A model generated the notes under the pieces. That model made no database searches. It was not told where the DNA came from and saw only the letters and a program-made list of their open reading frames with translations. Source: Ruditapes philippinarum (lineage: Eukaryota). From it: 64,000 nt of DNA. The stretch covers positions 1 to 64,000 of the forward strand of contig NW_026860215.1 of assembly GCF_026571515.1 (NCBI RefSeq), read 5' to 3'. Below, piece after piece: positions 22,900 through 36,781 of this stretch (positions within the stretch are counted from its first letter, which is position 1; each line of letters begins with the position of its first letter). Made by a program: the position numbers and the translations under genes.

Positions 22900-24628
22900 A
22901 TGGCAGTGTCAGGAAAGAAAGCTTCAAAACAATGTTCATCTTCCACAACATCCATGTCATCAGATGAAGATTTTCAAATTTACTGCCAGCCTTGTGATGA
23001 GGAAGGACCTAGACTCCCTGCCCATGGTTACTGCACTGACTGCAAGGAACACCTTTGACAAACATGCTTTACATCCCATAAAATAAATAGGCTTTCCAAA
23101 CATCATACACTTCAGGACGCTACTAATATGCCTAAAGTTTTGCAGCAACCCTCAACATCCATACACACAGGTCAGTCTGATGTCCTAACCACATCATGTC
23201 TTAAACATCCAAAAGAAATGATCAAGTTCTACTGCAATGACCATACAGAATTTTTTTGCAATGTTTGTGTTACCCTTGAACATCCTGCAAAGTCAACTAT
23301 ATACCAGACAGTTCTGGTGATATAATAGACAGCAAAGAATATCAAGTTAACTTAAATGCAGTAAATACCACTTCTGACAAATTTCAACAGATAGTAGAAG
23401 ATGTCAAGAACATGATATATAAATCAAATAGCTCTCTCAAAGATGCATTCGTTGACATTAAAAAGTTTCGGCAAAAAATCAACCAAAGACTAGATGAACT
23501 TGAGAGACAGGCTGAAGATGCAGCTAAAGTCATAGAACAAGATAACAAAAAGCATCTGAAGGCAGTAGAAGAAATTTGTGAAGATATAACCAAATCTTTG
23601 AAGATATCAGCAGACAAAATCAAACAACTTAACACATCAAAACAGGCCAACAACCTTTTCATGGAACTCAAACTTGAAGAGAAAACAATACAGAATGTGG
23701 AGGGAAAAGCAGAACAACTTTTATCATACGATATCAAAGAGCACAACTTTCAATCAAATGATGTAAATAAATATGAAATTTGTTTAAAAAACAGAAATCA
23801 CTGGGTTCACTGAGCAATTTTAATAAAGAATGTCCACCTATACAGATAAAGTCTAGACAGTCTTCATATGAGGGAGAAATCTGTGTGAAGACATCAACAT
23901 ATAAATTAGATTTTAATATAACAGGAATGACTCTGCTGACTCCTGATCATCTTATCATCACTGACTACAGTAACAAGGCTTAACAAATGGGGGATACCGG
24001 CATTAAATCTGTGTCTTATCAACTACAACTAGATGCTGAACCATTGGATATCACCAGAGTAACCAGTACTGAACTTGCTGTCATACTTCCTTACAAACAA
24101 ACAATACAATTTATATCTATCTCATCAAACAAACTCATAAAGAAGCACACTGTGAAGGTTGATGGAGACTGTCATGGTATAAGCTGTTACAAAGGTAAAC
24201 TTGTTGTGTCATACTGGGATCCTGCAAAACTTCAGATACTTGATATGAATGGCACTATACTGACAACAATTGATTGAAATGATATTTTCAGTTATCCATG
24301 TGATGTCATCAGTAACAGAAGTTCTATCTATGCATCTGACTGTAACATGAAGACAGTAACAAGATTAAACTGGCAAGGTGATGTGATTGGTAGTTATAGT
24401 GGTATGAGTTGGCCTAGAGGAATGTCACTGTCAATTGATGGTACTGTCTTTGTGTGTGACTGGAGAAGAAACGTTATAGAAGAGATATTAGGAGATTGTT
24501 CTACAGGAAAGGTGCTGCTGCAGGATCTGAAGAGACCAGGGGCTGTATGCTGGTGTGGAGAAACAAAGAAGCTGTATTACAGCTGTGATGAACTACACAA
24601 CTTCCTTCACACCTTTAAACTGTCGTAG
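22900..24628 (+). pseudogene. Intronless TRIM-like gene (B-box1, B-box2, coiled coil, C-terminal NHL/beta-propeller), disrupted
   Basis: ATG at 22900: MAVSGKKAS...YCQPC...YCTDCKEHL*QTC...H; second B-box CLKH...FYCNDH...CNVC...H; coiled coil at 23412-23750; propeller-like repeats at 23900-24628. In-frame stops at 23056, 23981 and 24275; frameshifts near 23285 and 23770. Confidence 0.88.
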
Positions 24629-26144
24629 AACAATACAATTTTAACTTTATTATCAACATAAGTTTATACCTAATTCACTGCATATGTTTGTTCTTTTTCA
24701 TACATTAAAGTGGATAGATAGATCTATAATGGGCACATTTTCCATAAGTGTTTTAAAATGGATGAAAACAATAGGAATGTATCTTTTGGAAATTGAATTA
24801 AAACATTGCTTGGGGAAAAAGTGTTGTTAATGTTAAAGTGGTATACTCAACATCACTAATTCCGCGTCATCACTTATTTCACGGTAATGGCATATTTTCG
24901 TGTTAAAATGGTCTAAATTGACATATTTTATTCATACACCTTAACAACAAAGTTTTTGTGAAAAATATTTTAAATCTCTAGATTTTTATGTAAAACAGAA
25001 CAACATTTTACAAATTTCTGCAAAAAGCAACGATAGTCCATTAAATATATACGTACGTCTGAAACATTCATCCTTTTCAAAATGTTCTTGTTTGTTAAAA
25101 AAATAAATTTTGACTTACAAAGTAAGGATAGTTTTAATTTTTAAAATCACGCAAAATAACATGAGAAATTTTAACTGAAACATAAAAAACTGAAATGTTA
25201 CACCATTACCGCGATTTGAATGATGACACAATGTTTTCAAAATGGCCGACATATGGTCTACGTTTGGTCCATTAAAATTGACTTTGACTGAATATATTGT
25301 TGTTTCTTTGCGTCATACAGCAGAAATACCTAAATGTTATAGCTTATGGCAATTTTTGTACCATAAGTTTCATTTGTTGTTTTTTTTTCTGGTTTCAAAG
25401 TGTTAAGTACCGTGAACTAAGAGGAGCACAGTATATACATCGCATGATGGTCAGCAGCAATTAAGAATTAACCCCTAAATAATGGAATTTGAATCCAGAA
25501 ATATGGCATCAAGAACAAAACGCAACATTTCATTTTTATGTTACAAAAGATATACACACAGTAAAAAAATCGGCAAATCTCACTCACTGTGATATAAAAG
25601 GATTTCATTTTATGGCTGAAACCCAACGTATAAAGTAAAATGCTTTTTTTATACACACTTTTCTATAAGGTGTATGAAGGTGTCTACTCATCAATGAATT
25701 GCAAGCTATATAATTCAAGGATTTGCAGTATAATTTAAAATAGAAAATATAGTGGAAGTTTCTATTAATTTAAGTGATTTGAATTGAGAAGTTGACGCCT
25801 ACTTGGGCAAAATTAAATGATGGCGGAAACTGTCTGGCACAAAGCTTTACAATAAATGCCTAAAATATAGTCTTTTATACGATTTCTACAGTTATTCAAA
25901 TGCCAAAATTTTTCATGATTAGAATTCACCTATGTGCCTTGATTCCAAATATTTAATATGAATTGGTGATTGGTTTAAATTGTTTTCATATTAATTTTTG
26001 TTTGAATATTAACTAAATGGGAAAAAGATAATATTTTTTCACAATTTGCACTTATTTCATTTTAAGAATAAATTACGTTTCGTTATTAACTGTAATTAAA
26101 TTGTACAACAAGGGAGACAATATCGATTTTCTTAGAAAACAATT

Positions 26145-26325
26145 TTAAAAACTCCTCGCAGCAGCTACCTCCCTTTATTCTCCACTACTTACATTCGGAT
26201 TATCAATAGAACGCTGAAAACTGCAAATATCAATTTCAAAAACTCGCAACAGCTACCTTCTGTTATTCTCAACTACTTACTTTCGGATAGCAGATCCTAA
26301 AGGATCGCTCAAAACGGCAAACTTG
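26145..26325 (+). repeat. Diverged two-copy direct repeat (~85-90 bp)
   Basis: aaaactc..cgca.cagctacct.c..ttattctc.actacttac.ttcggat occurs at ~26147 and ~26238. Confidence 0.7.
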
Positions 26326-26949
26326 AAAAGTCTATTTCGTATCAGTGTTAAACCCCAGAAAAAATCAATTGACTACGAGCATCTGAATATAATTTTTCTA
26401 ACTCAAAGAACGATTACATAATAAAAGAAACATTGGGTCAAGTGCTTGTTTTTCAAAAATAGTAAATACACGCACATTTATGCAAATAAGAATAAAGACA
26501 TGAAACACTCATTGTGAACAAGAAAAAAGAAACCCAGTCATCATTACAAACACACTTACTTTACTTGAACACTTTCGGACAAAAGAACATTGAAAATTGG
26601 AAAATGAACACGTAGCCAGATTTTGTTTAAATATGAAATGAAAATCTACAAGGAAGAGCGATAACCACTAAAATGCTACACCAACTGTACTCAGTCACAA
26701 AGGACCATTGGTATGGCATCGAGCTTAGCTTTGAGTAGCCTTGCCTTGTTGATTTTTGTTCTCATTGTTTTTAGTTTAAACAGTGACATCAATCTCATAA
26801 AGCTGAAAACGAATCTTAACGCCTAAGGAAATCCATTCATAATTCCTTCTCAATATGATTTGTATGCATTAACTGTATTACTGATTTGTATCCATTATTA
26901 TTGACAGGAGGCCAGTACCTCTGATCGGGTTTCTGTTAATTAAATTTAA

Positions 26950-27296
26950 AGCTGCACGCCTCCAGATGAGCAAAAATATTTCGATAAAATCAAATCTGAC
27001 AAAGATGTACTACGATTGTAGGAAAGGTATAAAGATTCAAAATTCAAGTAAAAATTTACATGTTATGTGAGATTAATTACCGGATTTTTCAGTGTTTATA
27101 ACTATATTTCTACTGCGTTACTAACGCAGTAAGGGCTATTATTGCCTATTTTGACCTATTTATAGTAGTTAACATAGGTTGTAAGTGTCATTGATAATGT
27201 GTTAATTGCATTCTTTTGGTAACTTTACAATATCATGCTGTTAAATACATTGTCAAATTTTAATGAAAATTAGCATGAATCTGGAGGTGTGCTGCT
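26950..27296. mobile_element. TTAA-flanked MITE family A (Kolobok-like)
   Basis: TTAA|AGCTGCACGCCTCCAGAT ... ATCTGGAGGTGTGCTGCT|TTAA. Confidence 0.85.
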
Positions 27297-27487
27297 TTAA
27301 ATAGAAAGAATCCCTAAAGAACGCATAAAACGGTAAAATAAAAAGGTTCCAGGCTCATTTGGATTTAGCCTGTTCATAGACGGCACTGTAATTATTGTGA
27401 TGATCATTTGCATGTAACCGTTCACAACCCAGCACCGACGTGCCAAAACGTTTTGAAAAGGATATTTATCACGAAGCTTTTCTTATA

Positions 27488-27565
27488 CAAACAGATAGCT
27501 TAAAGGTATTTGATAGGCAAATGATTCAAACAGATAGCTTAAAAGTATTTGATAGGCAAATGATC
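27488..27565 (+). repeat. 39-bp tandem duplication
   Basis: caaacagatagcttaaa(g/a)gtatttgataggcaaatgat occurs twice. Confidence 0.9.
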
Positions 27566-27984
27566 TGAAAACTTTGAGAAAGATATGAACGATATAAGCA
27601 GACTTATTTTGAAGAGTTTGATTATATTCTGCCCGGAGGATTGTCAATTCCGTGACGGACAAATGCATTATCAAAATCAATAATAAAGAAGGAAAGAGGG
27701 GAATAATGATAACACCATCGCCGTAAGTGACGAAGCTTTACGACTGTTGTTGCTCTACAAATATGCTGATCATATTGGCTGGTAGTGACTTCCAACGAAT
27801 TAATAGATACTTTGAGTCTAAATTTGAGTTCAGGTGGTGTGAATGATCATACAGTAGATGTTTAATTGTACTTGTAAAAGTTTACAGAATAAACAATACA
27901 TATTATTTTAACAAACAGCATGTACCGAAGTTATACGTAGGCATATGAAATAATTCATATTTTAATTATCGAATGTAGAAGAAA

Positions 27985-28335
27985 ATAATCACAATCATCA
28001 TTCTTTTTACTTCCCTTTTCTAAGTTTCTGTATTTTCTCCTTCTCCTCGTCATGATCATCGTTCTCGTCATCAGTGTCATCGTCATCATCATCATTGTCT
28101 TATTTTCATTATTTTGCGTCTTCTCCTCATTTTCATTCTAGCTCTTCTCTACAAAATCATAAAAGTCGTTTACCCAACAAACATTCCTTTTATTACTATT
28201 TTATTTTATTCTTCCTCCCATTTCATCGTCGTGTTCACCATCATAGTGATCACCACCAACACTACCGGCATCTAAAACATTGGCTGAGTTTTTTTTATCG
28301 TTGTTATGACCATTACTTTTTATTTTATTTCTATC
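27985..28335. repeat. Degenerate TCA/TCT/TTA low-complexity tract
   Basis: Decayed trinucleotide repeats; explains the S/H/F-rich ORF 28074-28340. Confidence 0.7.
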
Positions 28336-28437
28336 AGTAAAATAATATTTAAGGGAATATATATGTTTTAACAGGAATTTTTTTTCTTATAAATTCAATT
28401 ACATGCCATGATTTGGTCTTATGTTTGTTTATATCTC

Positions 28438-28995
28438 TTTTGACCCCCGCGTTCAGAAAAAGTGGGATATAGTAATGGACACGGTCCGTCCGTACGTCAC
28501 ACGTCGTGCCGGTTTAAAACTTAACATTACATTAAAGGATTTTAAATTTACTATGCACACATGTTCACCATAATAAGACAAAGTGTAAGACAACGCGCAA
28601 CACCCTGACCCCTGCCTCCAAGGTCATTGCCAAACTTTGATGTCAAAGGTCAACTTTGTCTGATGGATCATATTTTTTGTGTCCCATTCATAACGTTTTC
28701 ATCCAAGAAGGAAGTTTAAAATAACTTTGCACACATATAAACCATAGTATGACGATATGTGATGCGAAACACAGGCCCCATACCTCCAAGACCAAGTTCA
28801 CATTTGGATGTCAAAAGTCGATGTTTTCTGATGGAGTGCATTTTGTACCCGGTTCAAGTATCAAGGGATAATAACCGGTAACAAATGTTAACCCTAATGA
28901 AGCAGTCTTTTTAAGCATCACCTGGACCGTACTTCCAAGTTCAATGTCACACTTACAGGCAATAATTATCTTTGGGCTTTTAGTGTCCGGTCAAC
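28438..28995 (-). mobile_element. Degenerate Helentron-associated (HINE) element, opposite orientation to 20475-22498
   Basis: Starts ttttgacccccgc...gtgggatatag, then a (GTCC)n tract, then three to four ~150-bp units with caaggtca...caaaggtcaa. Confidence 0.7.
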
Positions 28996-29670
28996 GGCTT
29001 TTCCAGTCATCATATATTAACTACATAAGAAAATGTTTGGGGGCGAGGTAAATAACTGTAAAAGTTCGTGTAATTCACGGTTTAGCTGAAAACAAAAATC
29101 AAGATTGCTGATTCCCATTACTTTATACATTGTATATACATGCAACTATACTGTTATATGCTAATACTTGATATGCCGTGTCTTTTCTTATCCCTTGCAA
29201 TGTTAGTATCACTCTGTGCATGCCTGGTCGTCTGCTTAAACTTCGTCTGCTTTTTTGAACGGTTTTAAGATTAACAAAGATAAAGGCTGAGTATTAAACA
29301 GCTTGATTGCTAACAAGTGTCTGGCCTAGCACAAGCTGTTTGCAATTGCAAACTCTCTCCCCTTGCAGTGTGATTTATCTACAGTTTACATCTATCTTAG
29401 ATACAGCAAAATCATCAAGATTCTTCTAATAATTTCCTGTGTATTTTTACCTGACTCTTTACTGATTTATAGCTCACTTTTTTTGCTATTAAGTACTAAA
29501 TCTTTTGCGGTTTGATTGGACTGTTTCAAGTTCAATGGAGGGCAAATCTATTTAATTTACACAAAGGTTTTGGATTAGTGGATTCAGTGTTGACTCTAGA
29601 AATAAATGATGTAAATGGGCAAATATTACCTGCATGTCAGTATATCATTGATTTATGATAAACCAAATGC

Positions 29671-29943
29671 GTGTGTGTGTTTGCGTTTTACCATCACGCC
29701 GACACAGTAAAGGTCATATAGCGACGTTCAAGCTTTACTGGCGGAGTAAGATCTCAGGTGCCCTTCCTAGCATTATTTCAGGCATGAACGGGTACCTGAG
29801 CAGAACCACCGACGTTCCGTAAACTAACTTTATAGCTTCCTCACATGAAAGAATCGAAAGTTCATGTCGGGATTCGAACCCACAGCGGTGAGGGGCAAGT
29901 GGTTTGAAGTAAACGACCTTAACCACTCGACCACGTACGCCCC
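29671..29943 (-). mobile_element. Full-length tRNA-derived SINE (Meta-SINE-like) with target-site duplication
   Basis: A box gtggtcgagtggttaagg, B box gggttcgaatccc, central tcatgtgaggaagct...ggtggttct, tail actgtgtcggcgtga+(CA)n. TSD AACCAAATGC at 29661-29670 and 29947-29956. Confidence 0.9.
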
Positions 29944-31151
29944 ATTAACCAAATGCCTTAAATAAACTTGAAAATTTCTTTAATCAATAAATGATTTTCT
30001 GATTTTATCAGTTGATATCATTTTCTTTGCTGGCATAAATATATTGCAGAAACAGCAATTAAATAATTTGTGATAAGTTTGTTATAAATGTCAAAACCTT
30101 ATTAGTAATTGAAACACAACGCTACATAGCTTTGTGTGGTATTGTGTGGGTACATGTGCCTTTTAACATAAAAAAGTATGAACTTTTGATCTGTTGGAGA
30201 ATGGAAAAGTCAAACAATACAACAAAAAAAGTATTTTTTTAAATCATTTTGTTCTAAATAGAATGCAATTATCTGTTTATTGTTTTCATTTAAACGTAAG
30301 AAAGATGAGAATAACTAAGATAACTCTTCGTTCCTCAATTAGAAACAAAATCTTTGATAAATGTATCTACATTTCGTATGTTAACAATATATTTTCCATT
30401 TTATAATAAGTCCAACAATAGAAATGAGCGATACGCGATATTATTATTTATTTCTCCATATGTCTTAATTTTCTTTCATATATATGACTTGTTGAACATG
30501 CTTGTTTTTCTTCTTGCAGGGATTAAAACAGGTTTAACTTCAGTTTCAATAAACATCAATGTGACAGGGCAATCATATCTCAGAAAACAAGAGCAGAACT
30601 GCGTTTATCTGATTTTTGCCAGTGTTAAACAGCGCACAGTGAAAATGATTTGCAAACTCCGTTTCATATTGTTTTACCAATAACATACAGTGACATTGAT
30701 GAATACTTTCAGTCACAGAAAAACTCTTTGAAAAAGAGTTATAAATATATAATGTTCAATTATTCGAGTTAATTTAAGAAATATTGGAATAGGTGTTAAA
30801 AAGGTATTGTATTTATAATTATGTCTTAAAAAAATGTTATTTACCGATTGATATACAGTATTTTATTTTTTTCAATTTTGAATTGATACATTTCGATATA
30901 TTTTTTATAACCTAGAAGGATATAGAGAAATAATGGGAAAATACATGCTTTAGGTCGATGCATCGCCTCTTGTTCTAGCCGCTTTTGTGTTTCTTTTAGA
31001 ACATTTAGGATTATGCAGTGGCCTTTTTGCAAGTCTGGTAACTTTCATAGTTAAAGATTTGTCCTGTAAGACGGAAACATTTGTTTCGCTAGTCAGTATT
31101 TTTATCCAGCGCTTATTCTCTTGATGTTAGATGCATGTAATTTTGTTCTTA

Positions 31152-31366
31152 ATAATTTACTCATTAACAGATTTTGATATTTGCGTCTTGTACTTGAAAA
31201 AAAGAAATAAATACCTTGAAAAAAAAGATATACCAAGAAATGGAATGTTTAAACTTTCAATAATTCACTCATTAACAGATTTTGATATTTGCGTCTTGTA
31301 CTTGAAAAATGAAATAAATACCTTGAAAAAAAAAGATATACCAAGAAATGGAATGTTTAAACTTTT
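31152..31366 (+). repeat. ~110-bp tandem duplication
   Basis: actcattaacagattttgatatttgcgtcttgtacttgaaaa...ggaatgtttaaacttt occurs twice, nearly identical. Confidence 0.92.
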
Positions 31367-31624
31367 CCTGACGGATTACAAATTAATACTACGTAATTAT
31401 GTTTTAAATGATTTCTTAGCAACAAAAAATCATGATGTGATATTTATATATAATTTATAGACTAACAAAAGAACTGGGAATTATTATAAGAAAAAAAGGA
31501 GCATATAAAAAAGTCTTTCGCATCTTTATCGTATTACGTGTAGCAACTGAGAAGGTTCTTTCATAAGCAGGCTTATATCCAGACGCAATTGTTTTCCTTT
31601 AGTTTAATGTATTGTTTGAACAGT

Positions 31625-31868
31625 TAGTCCTCTCAACGCTATGGGGGTTCAAATCCTGTCAAAGACTATCAATTATTTCACATGAGGAAGCTATCCAGCT
31701 GGATGATTACACTTACGGACTGTGGATGGTTCTACTCAAATGCCAGCATGTCAGCTCGAGCGTAAAACAATAATGCCAGAAGGAACATTGGAAGTCCTCC
31801 TACTCCAGGAAAGCTTAAAAGTCGCCATATGAATTTTAACTGTGTCGGCGTGATAAACACTAAACAAA
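31625..31868 (+). mobile_element. Older, 5'-eroded copy of the Meta-like SINE
   Basis: gggttcaaatcc, catgaggaagctatccagctgg, ggttctactca and aaagtcgccatatga...actgtgtcggcgtga match the SINE at 29671-29943. Confidence 0.8.
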
Positions 31869-32626
31869 GAATTTGAAATATCTGCTCGGTTGATTTTTTT
31901 ATGGTAAAAGCTTTAAGTTTTAGACTAGTATTATTTATGTACACATACAACAAAAATTCGTTATTGTTATTCCAGTACTATATGTATAAGGAAACAATTA
32001 TGGCAGTAATTCTAGAACACTTATTTAGAAGTAGCGTTGTATGTGTAATTTGTTATTAGAATCATTTTATATTCAAACTTTCACATTATTTCAATTACCA
32101 TCATGATTTACTATAATTATAAATTATTACGTTTGTGTGTATATGGGCGATCATAAGAATTATCAATAACTACAGCGGAGGATTTAACGGAGATATTTGT
32201 TGCATAACGACTTCAGAAGAACTGCGACTGGTGTTACTTTATATGATAAAAACACATGTTGTTGACATCAGATTTGATAAATTTAAAATAAATACTTTAA
32301 TAATTATCAAGATTACAATCTATTGTGTTATATAGACACATAAGTCATTATTTTATTTCTATAATTATTTTGTGATAAGTTTGTGATGTACATATGAATT
32401 TTGTAAGGTGATTTATTACTAACAAGTATCGCTTGATGGGAATCACTTTATCAAAAATTGCCGCTCACTAAAATTGTATGGAATTTGTGTCAGATATATG
32501 ACATACAGCCATGTAAATTTGTTATGTTTATTTACCAATGTAACGATAAATTTATACGTGTTTACAAAGAGTAATAAGATATTTCTATTTCAATTCAAAC
32601 TTTTTCACCACTATTTTCATCATGAA

Positions 32627-32862
32627 AAGGACTTGTTTAATTAGATTTTCACAAAACATCAAGTTTTTGATACCCATAATTGTTCAAACCTGCTCGTAAA
32701 TATTATTGACATCATTGATAATGGTATATAACTATTTATTATGCACCATAAATAGGACTGGTGTAATTAGATTTTCAAAAAAACCTCAATTTTTTGATAC
32801 CCGATACTTCGAATCTGCTCGCGAATTGACGTCACTTAACATGGTATATAAATATTTATTAT
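32627..32862 (+). repeat. Diverged two-copy ~125-bp direct repeat
   Basis: aggact.gt.taattagattttca.aaaac.tcaa.tttttgataccc...ctgctcg...ttgac.tca...atggtatata occurs twice. Confidence 0.8.
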
Positions 32863-35475
32863 TACATGTTAATCAGGTATTATTTTGTATTATTATGATG
32901 TTGTATAATTATTAAGTAATAAGTGTGTGTTTTTAAATTAACATAAATTCAGTTGTACAGAAAACCACATTGAGTTGTGACATCAAAATCAATCATAAAT
33001 TTGATATGAACATATTGATTAATATTAAAAAGAGATTTAAGATTCAAGCTTTAAAACATAGTTCCGTTAATATAACTTTTTCAGTAAGCATTAAATTAAT
33101 TTACATTATTTTTCTTTTAAATTTGAACTCATATTCTAAACTGTTTATATTTACAGCTTACTTTTTGGAAAGAGATGCATTGATTCGTTTGAACACCAGA
33201 CAACAGTCATAACATTTAACATTAACGAATTTAATGCCTCGCGATTATTTATTTATTTATTTTGAATCACAGTAACTTTAATACTTAAGATTTCGAAATG
33301 ATCACTCTTTCTTATATATTGCTAAGTTGATATCTTCTTTAATTAATTGCTAATGAACAAAATAAGCTATTATTAAAATTGCCTGGCGTGTACAACGCTC
33401 AAATCTTAACTGCTGTTTGTCGTTCAGTTTATTGAGATTTCAATTAACTATATTGGGCAAGACATTTCATTGTGTGGTGCTGAACTATTGTAGCAACACA
33501 AAATCAGATAGCTGTTTAAATTCTGAATATAGAAAGTTATGTTTATAAATACATTGTATATATAATAAGACAGACTTGTGTATTTAAGAAAGTTGAAAAC
33601 TTATGGACGTATTTACACATTGCCATCAGAATTAACGAGGTAAATTTGCATCAAATTGAAATAGTTATAGTTGTTGCATTTCATTTGATAAGGTAAAATA
33701 TTAATTTCTTATTTGCTATAATTTCCTATACAATTATTCAAGTTTGACGAAGAGGCTAATTTATTGTTTTATTCATATTTTATTCGTTAATTCATTTATT
33801 TAAATATTTGATTGATTTATATTTTATTAATTAATTATTTTTTGATTTATGGGACTTGAATTTTTGTTTTCGATTGTTGTGTTGTACCATTCTATGTAGA
33901 AGACCAGTGTCATGTAAGAACGGCGCAGTTTCAAATTATTTTTATGAATCGGTCGATTGACTAGATTTATTTAATTTAGCCGATTTACCAAAGTAAATAT
34001 GATAAGTTTCATTTGAAATACTGCAATTCTATTGGACAAAAACAATTTCAAACACTAAACAAAATGTTTCAAGAAATATATGATAGCACATTGTGTTTGG
34101 ATTCATGACTCCACATTGTCTTTGGATTCATCTTATTTGGATTCTTCTTAGAAATTAAAAAAAAAATGTTTACTTAAATGTATTAGTCTTAATAGTGTTT
34201 TATGCAGACTGAGACGATTGTGATAAAAATAATAATTTCTTCCAGCCAAAGGCAAAGTGACAATCAGATTAAATCTATTTCTTGCTTAGAGCTTATTTTA
34301 TAGATTTCATTGTAGCTGTATTAAAATATGACACATTGTTGGCATTATGGAATAGTTTGTTATATATATTTTATATTATATATAGTAGTTTGAAAATTGT
34401 GCATGAATAATAATTATCTTGATACTGATGACTCTGAAGATGCCAATGATGATGTAGATAATGAAACCACTGGCAACTGCTGCTGCTACTTTAACTTCAA
34501 CTCCTCTTTCTTTTTCTACTTATTGATCTTCTTTTTTAATAATCATATCCTTATAATAATAAACAAGATATGTGCTCCGCTTTTCTTTCAATGCTTAATA
34601 GTAAATAAAAGCAACATAAAAGGGGGTTTAATTCTGCAAATGTGCTTGGAGGACTTACCTGTATTTAATAGTATTTAATAGTAAAGGTACATTTCAAGTA
34701 TGCAGTGAATACTTATGACCTAATTTGAGAAAAAGCAAGGATTTTATTTCAAATTTAATAGTGAACACGTATTTCAAGTTTAAAGTGTATATCTTTGGTA
34801 GTTTTCAGAAATGAAAACGAAAATCTTTTCGAAAAAAATATCAATGACAAAACGAGGGGCAATACCAAAACAAGAAATAATTCATAATGTTAACTGTCCT
34901 TTATTTAATTATTGAACAAGAATATCAAGTTTGAAGTGGTAAACTTAAGACAGTACTTTATTAGAAAGTAGAAGTAAGAAAGTAGAAAAAGGGGAAAAAT
35001 TTAATGAATTTAAGGATTATATGTCCTTCAGCAGTTGTGTCATATTTTGGTAGTGTACATGTATATGTAAATCAAGTTTGAGGTGAACTACTTTGATAGA
35101 TTCTGAGAAAATAGACCTAAACTAAAGGGAACCAAGGTTACACTCTAACAGGGGCATAATATTTAGAATTATTTGCCCATTTGGAATGGCGCCATGTTAA
35201 ATGACAATAAACATGTATATTTGTGGAGTTAAAACTGATAGTTATGGTGGTGATAAGCTTAGTATCACAATAAAAAATCGTTTGTTTGATTTTTACTTAT
35301 CTGAACGATTTTTTAGAGTTTCGTCGAAATGTAAAAAATAAAATATGTTATTTAAATTTAAAAATTCGAACAGACTTATAATGTTATGTATAATCCTTTA
35401 CTTTTGAATATATGGTTCGGCACTATTCACCAAACAAGATTTTCTTCCTTTTCAGATACGCTGAAGTGTTGCATA

Positions 35476-35566
35476 ATGAACCTTCCTGTGGATCAAGGTG
35501 AAATGAAGTGTCAAAATTATAGCTACATCTCATGCTCAAATAAATCCAATTCATCATTCTTGAAAG
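35476..35566 (+). CDS. GPCR coding exon 1 (extracellular N-terminus)
   Basis: Upstream acceptor ttccttttcAG at ~35456; ATG at 35476. MNLPVDQGEMKCQNYSYISCSNKSNSSFLK has three N-x-S sequons. Donor AAAG|GTact is phase 1, matching exon 2. Confidence 0.75.
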
Positions 35567-36781
35567 GTACTTGAAAATGCAGTTGGTTAATTAAAAAGTG
35601 ATTTACCTAAATGAACCTGATAAATATTCGTTAATTGTTAACATTCACTAATATTAAATGAAAATAATATTAATGAATTATATAAATTGATATTAAACAA
35701 GAAATTGTTGCTTGGCCCAATTCATTGAATTGAAAGCAACTGTAAATTTGAGCAGCTGACAAATCTCTTGGACAATGTGGAAAAAATGGCAGTAAAATTG
35801 GGCTATTTTGTGCGGTCCGTCTTTCCGGGAAATTATAAACTTGGCCTTTGTAGAGGATTTAAAATTAAGAAAGTGCCAATCTCATTTAAATCAGATCACC
35901 GATTTTTAATCCGTTAACTTTCCTGATGAAAGGTGCTGGAGCATCAGTTAGGATACTTATGATTTTAAAATCAGATCGAGGATGCACAGATTTCGCAGTT
36001 TGGAATTGCATAAGTACAAAGATTTAAATATGCTTGATTGATACATGTATATCCGAAGGGCAATGATGTGAAATTGCCGTATCTTTGCGTTCATATAAGG
36101 TCGAAGAGGTACCTGGCGGGAACGAGACACAGTAGTTTTTCCTCCAAGCCATTTTAGTAGGTTACATTTAAAGTATGCTTAAGATTTATCCTAAAATTAA
36201 CCGAACGGTCTCGGAACAAAATATCATTCAGTACGTACAGAAGCTTGTTAAAGCTTATCGTGCTTGTAGAAACTAAATCGGCTAATATATATTAAGTTGT
36301 CTGATTCCTTAAACGGATTTTCTTTCTTATTACATGGGACAGTTTTCTCGTATCAGTTAAAGGTCAGTCGCTGATCGTACCCATTCAGTTTTGGTGCACT
36401 CATAAAGGTTGTCTTAATCAATGCATTGCAACAAAAGCATCATTTAACGTTCTGAAATTATCAAATTACATTCATGAATGTATAGACCTACTGCGTATAA
36501 CACATGAACCTTGCAACATAAATGCATTTTTTGGGAACATACATAGTCTCAATTACCGTTATATGTCAGACATATAAAAAAAGACTTGCACAAGTACTCA
36601 GCGTTCAAGGTCTGCCGTCAGCAACTGAATCTACCCATGGTTCAAGCCGCTAACAAGCTCAGCTTGCAGCTCTGTCCGTCGGATCATAGTCTATTATATT
36701 TTCTATCCAGTCTGTGATATTTTGAAATTCCCCCTAAAATGATGTTTTTTTTACGGATTGAAAGAAAAACAATCTATTTAA

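Noticed and set aside
24833-25420. TTAA-starting element with internal inverted segments (~24860-24892 vs ~25200-25230)
   Set aside because: Probably a decayed MITE, but the right terminus could not be defined.
26671-26826. Short frame with a hydrophobic stretch (MASSLALSSLALLIFVLIVFSL...)
   Set aside because: Under 40 codons from the ATG, with no splice or homology support; cannot be distinguished from chance.
29735-29943. tRNA gene or 63-aa ORF
   Set aside because: The A/B boxes belong to a SINE head followed by a SINE body, tail and TSD; there is no complete cloverleaf.
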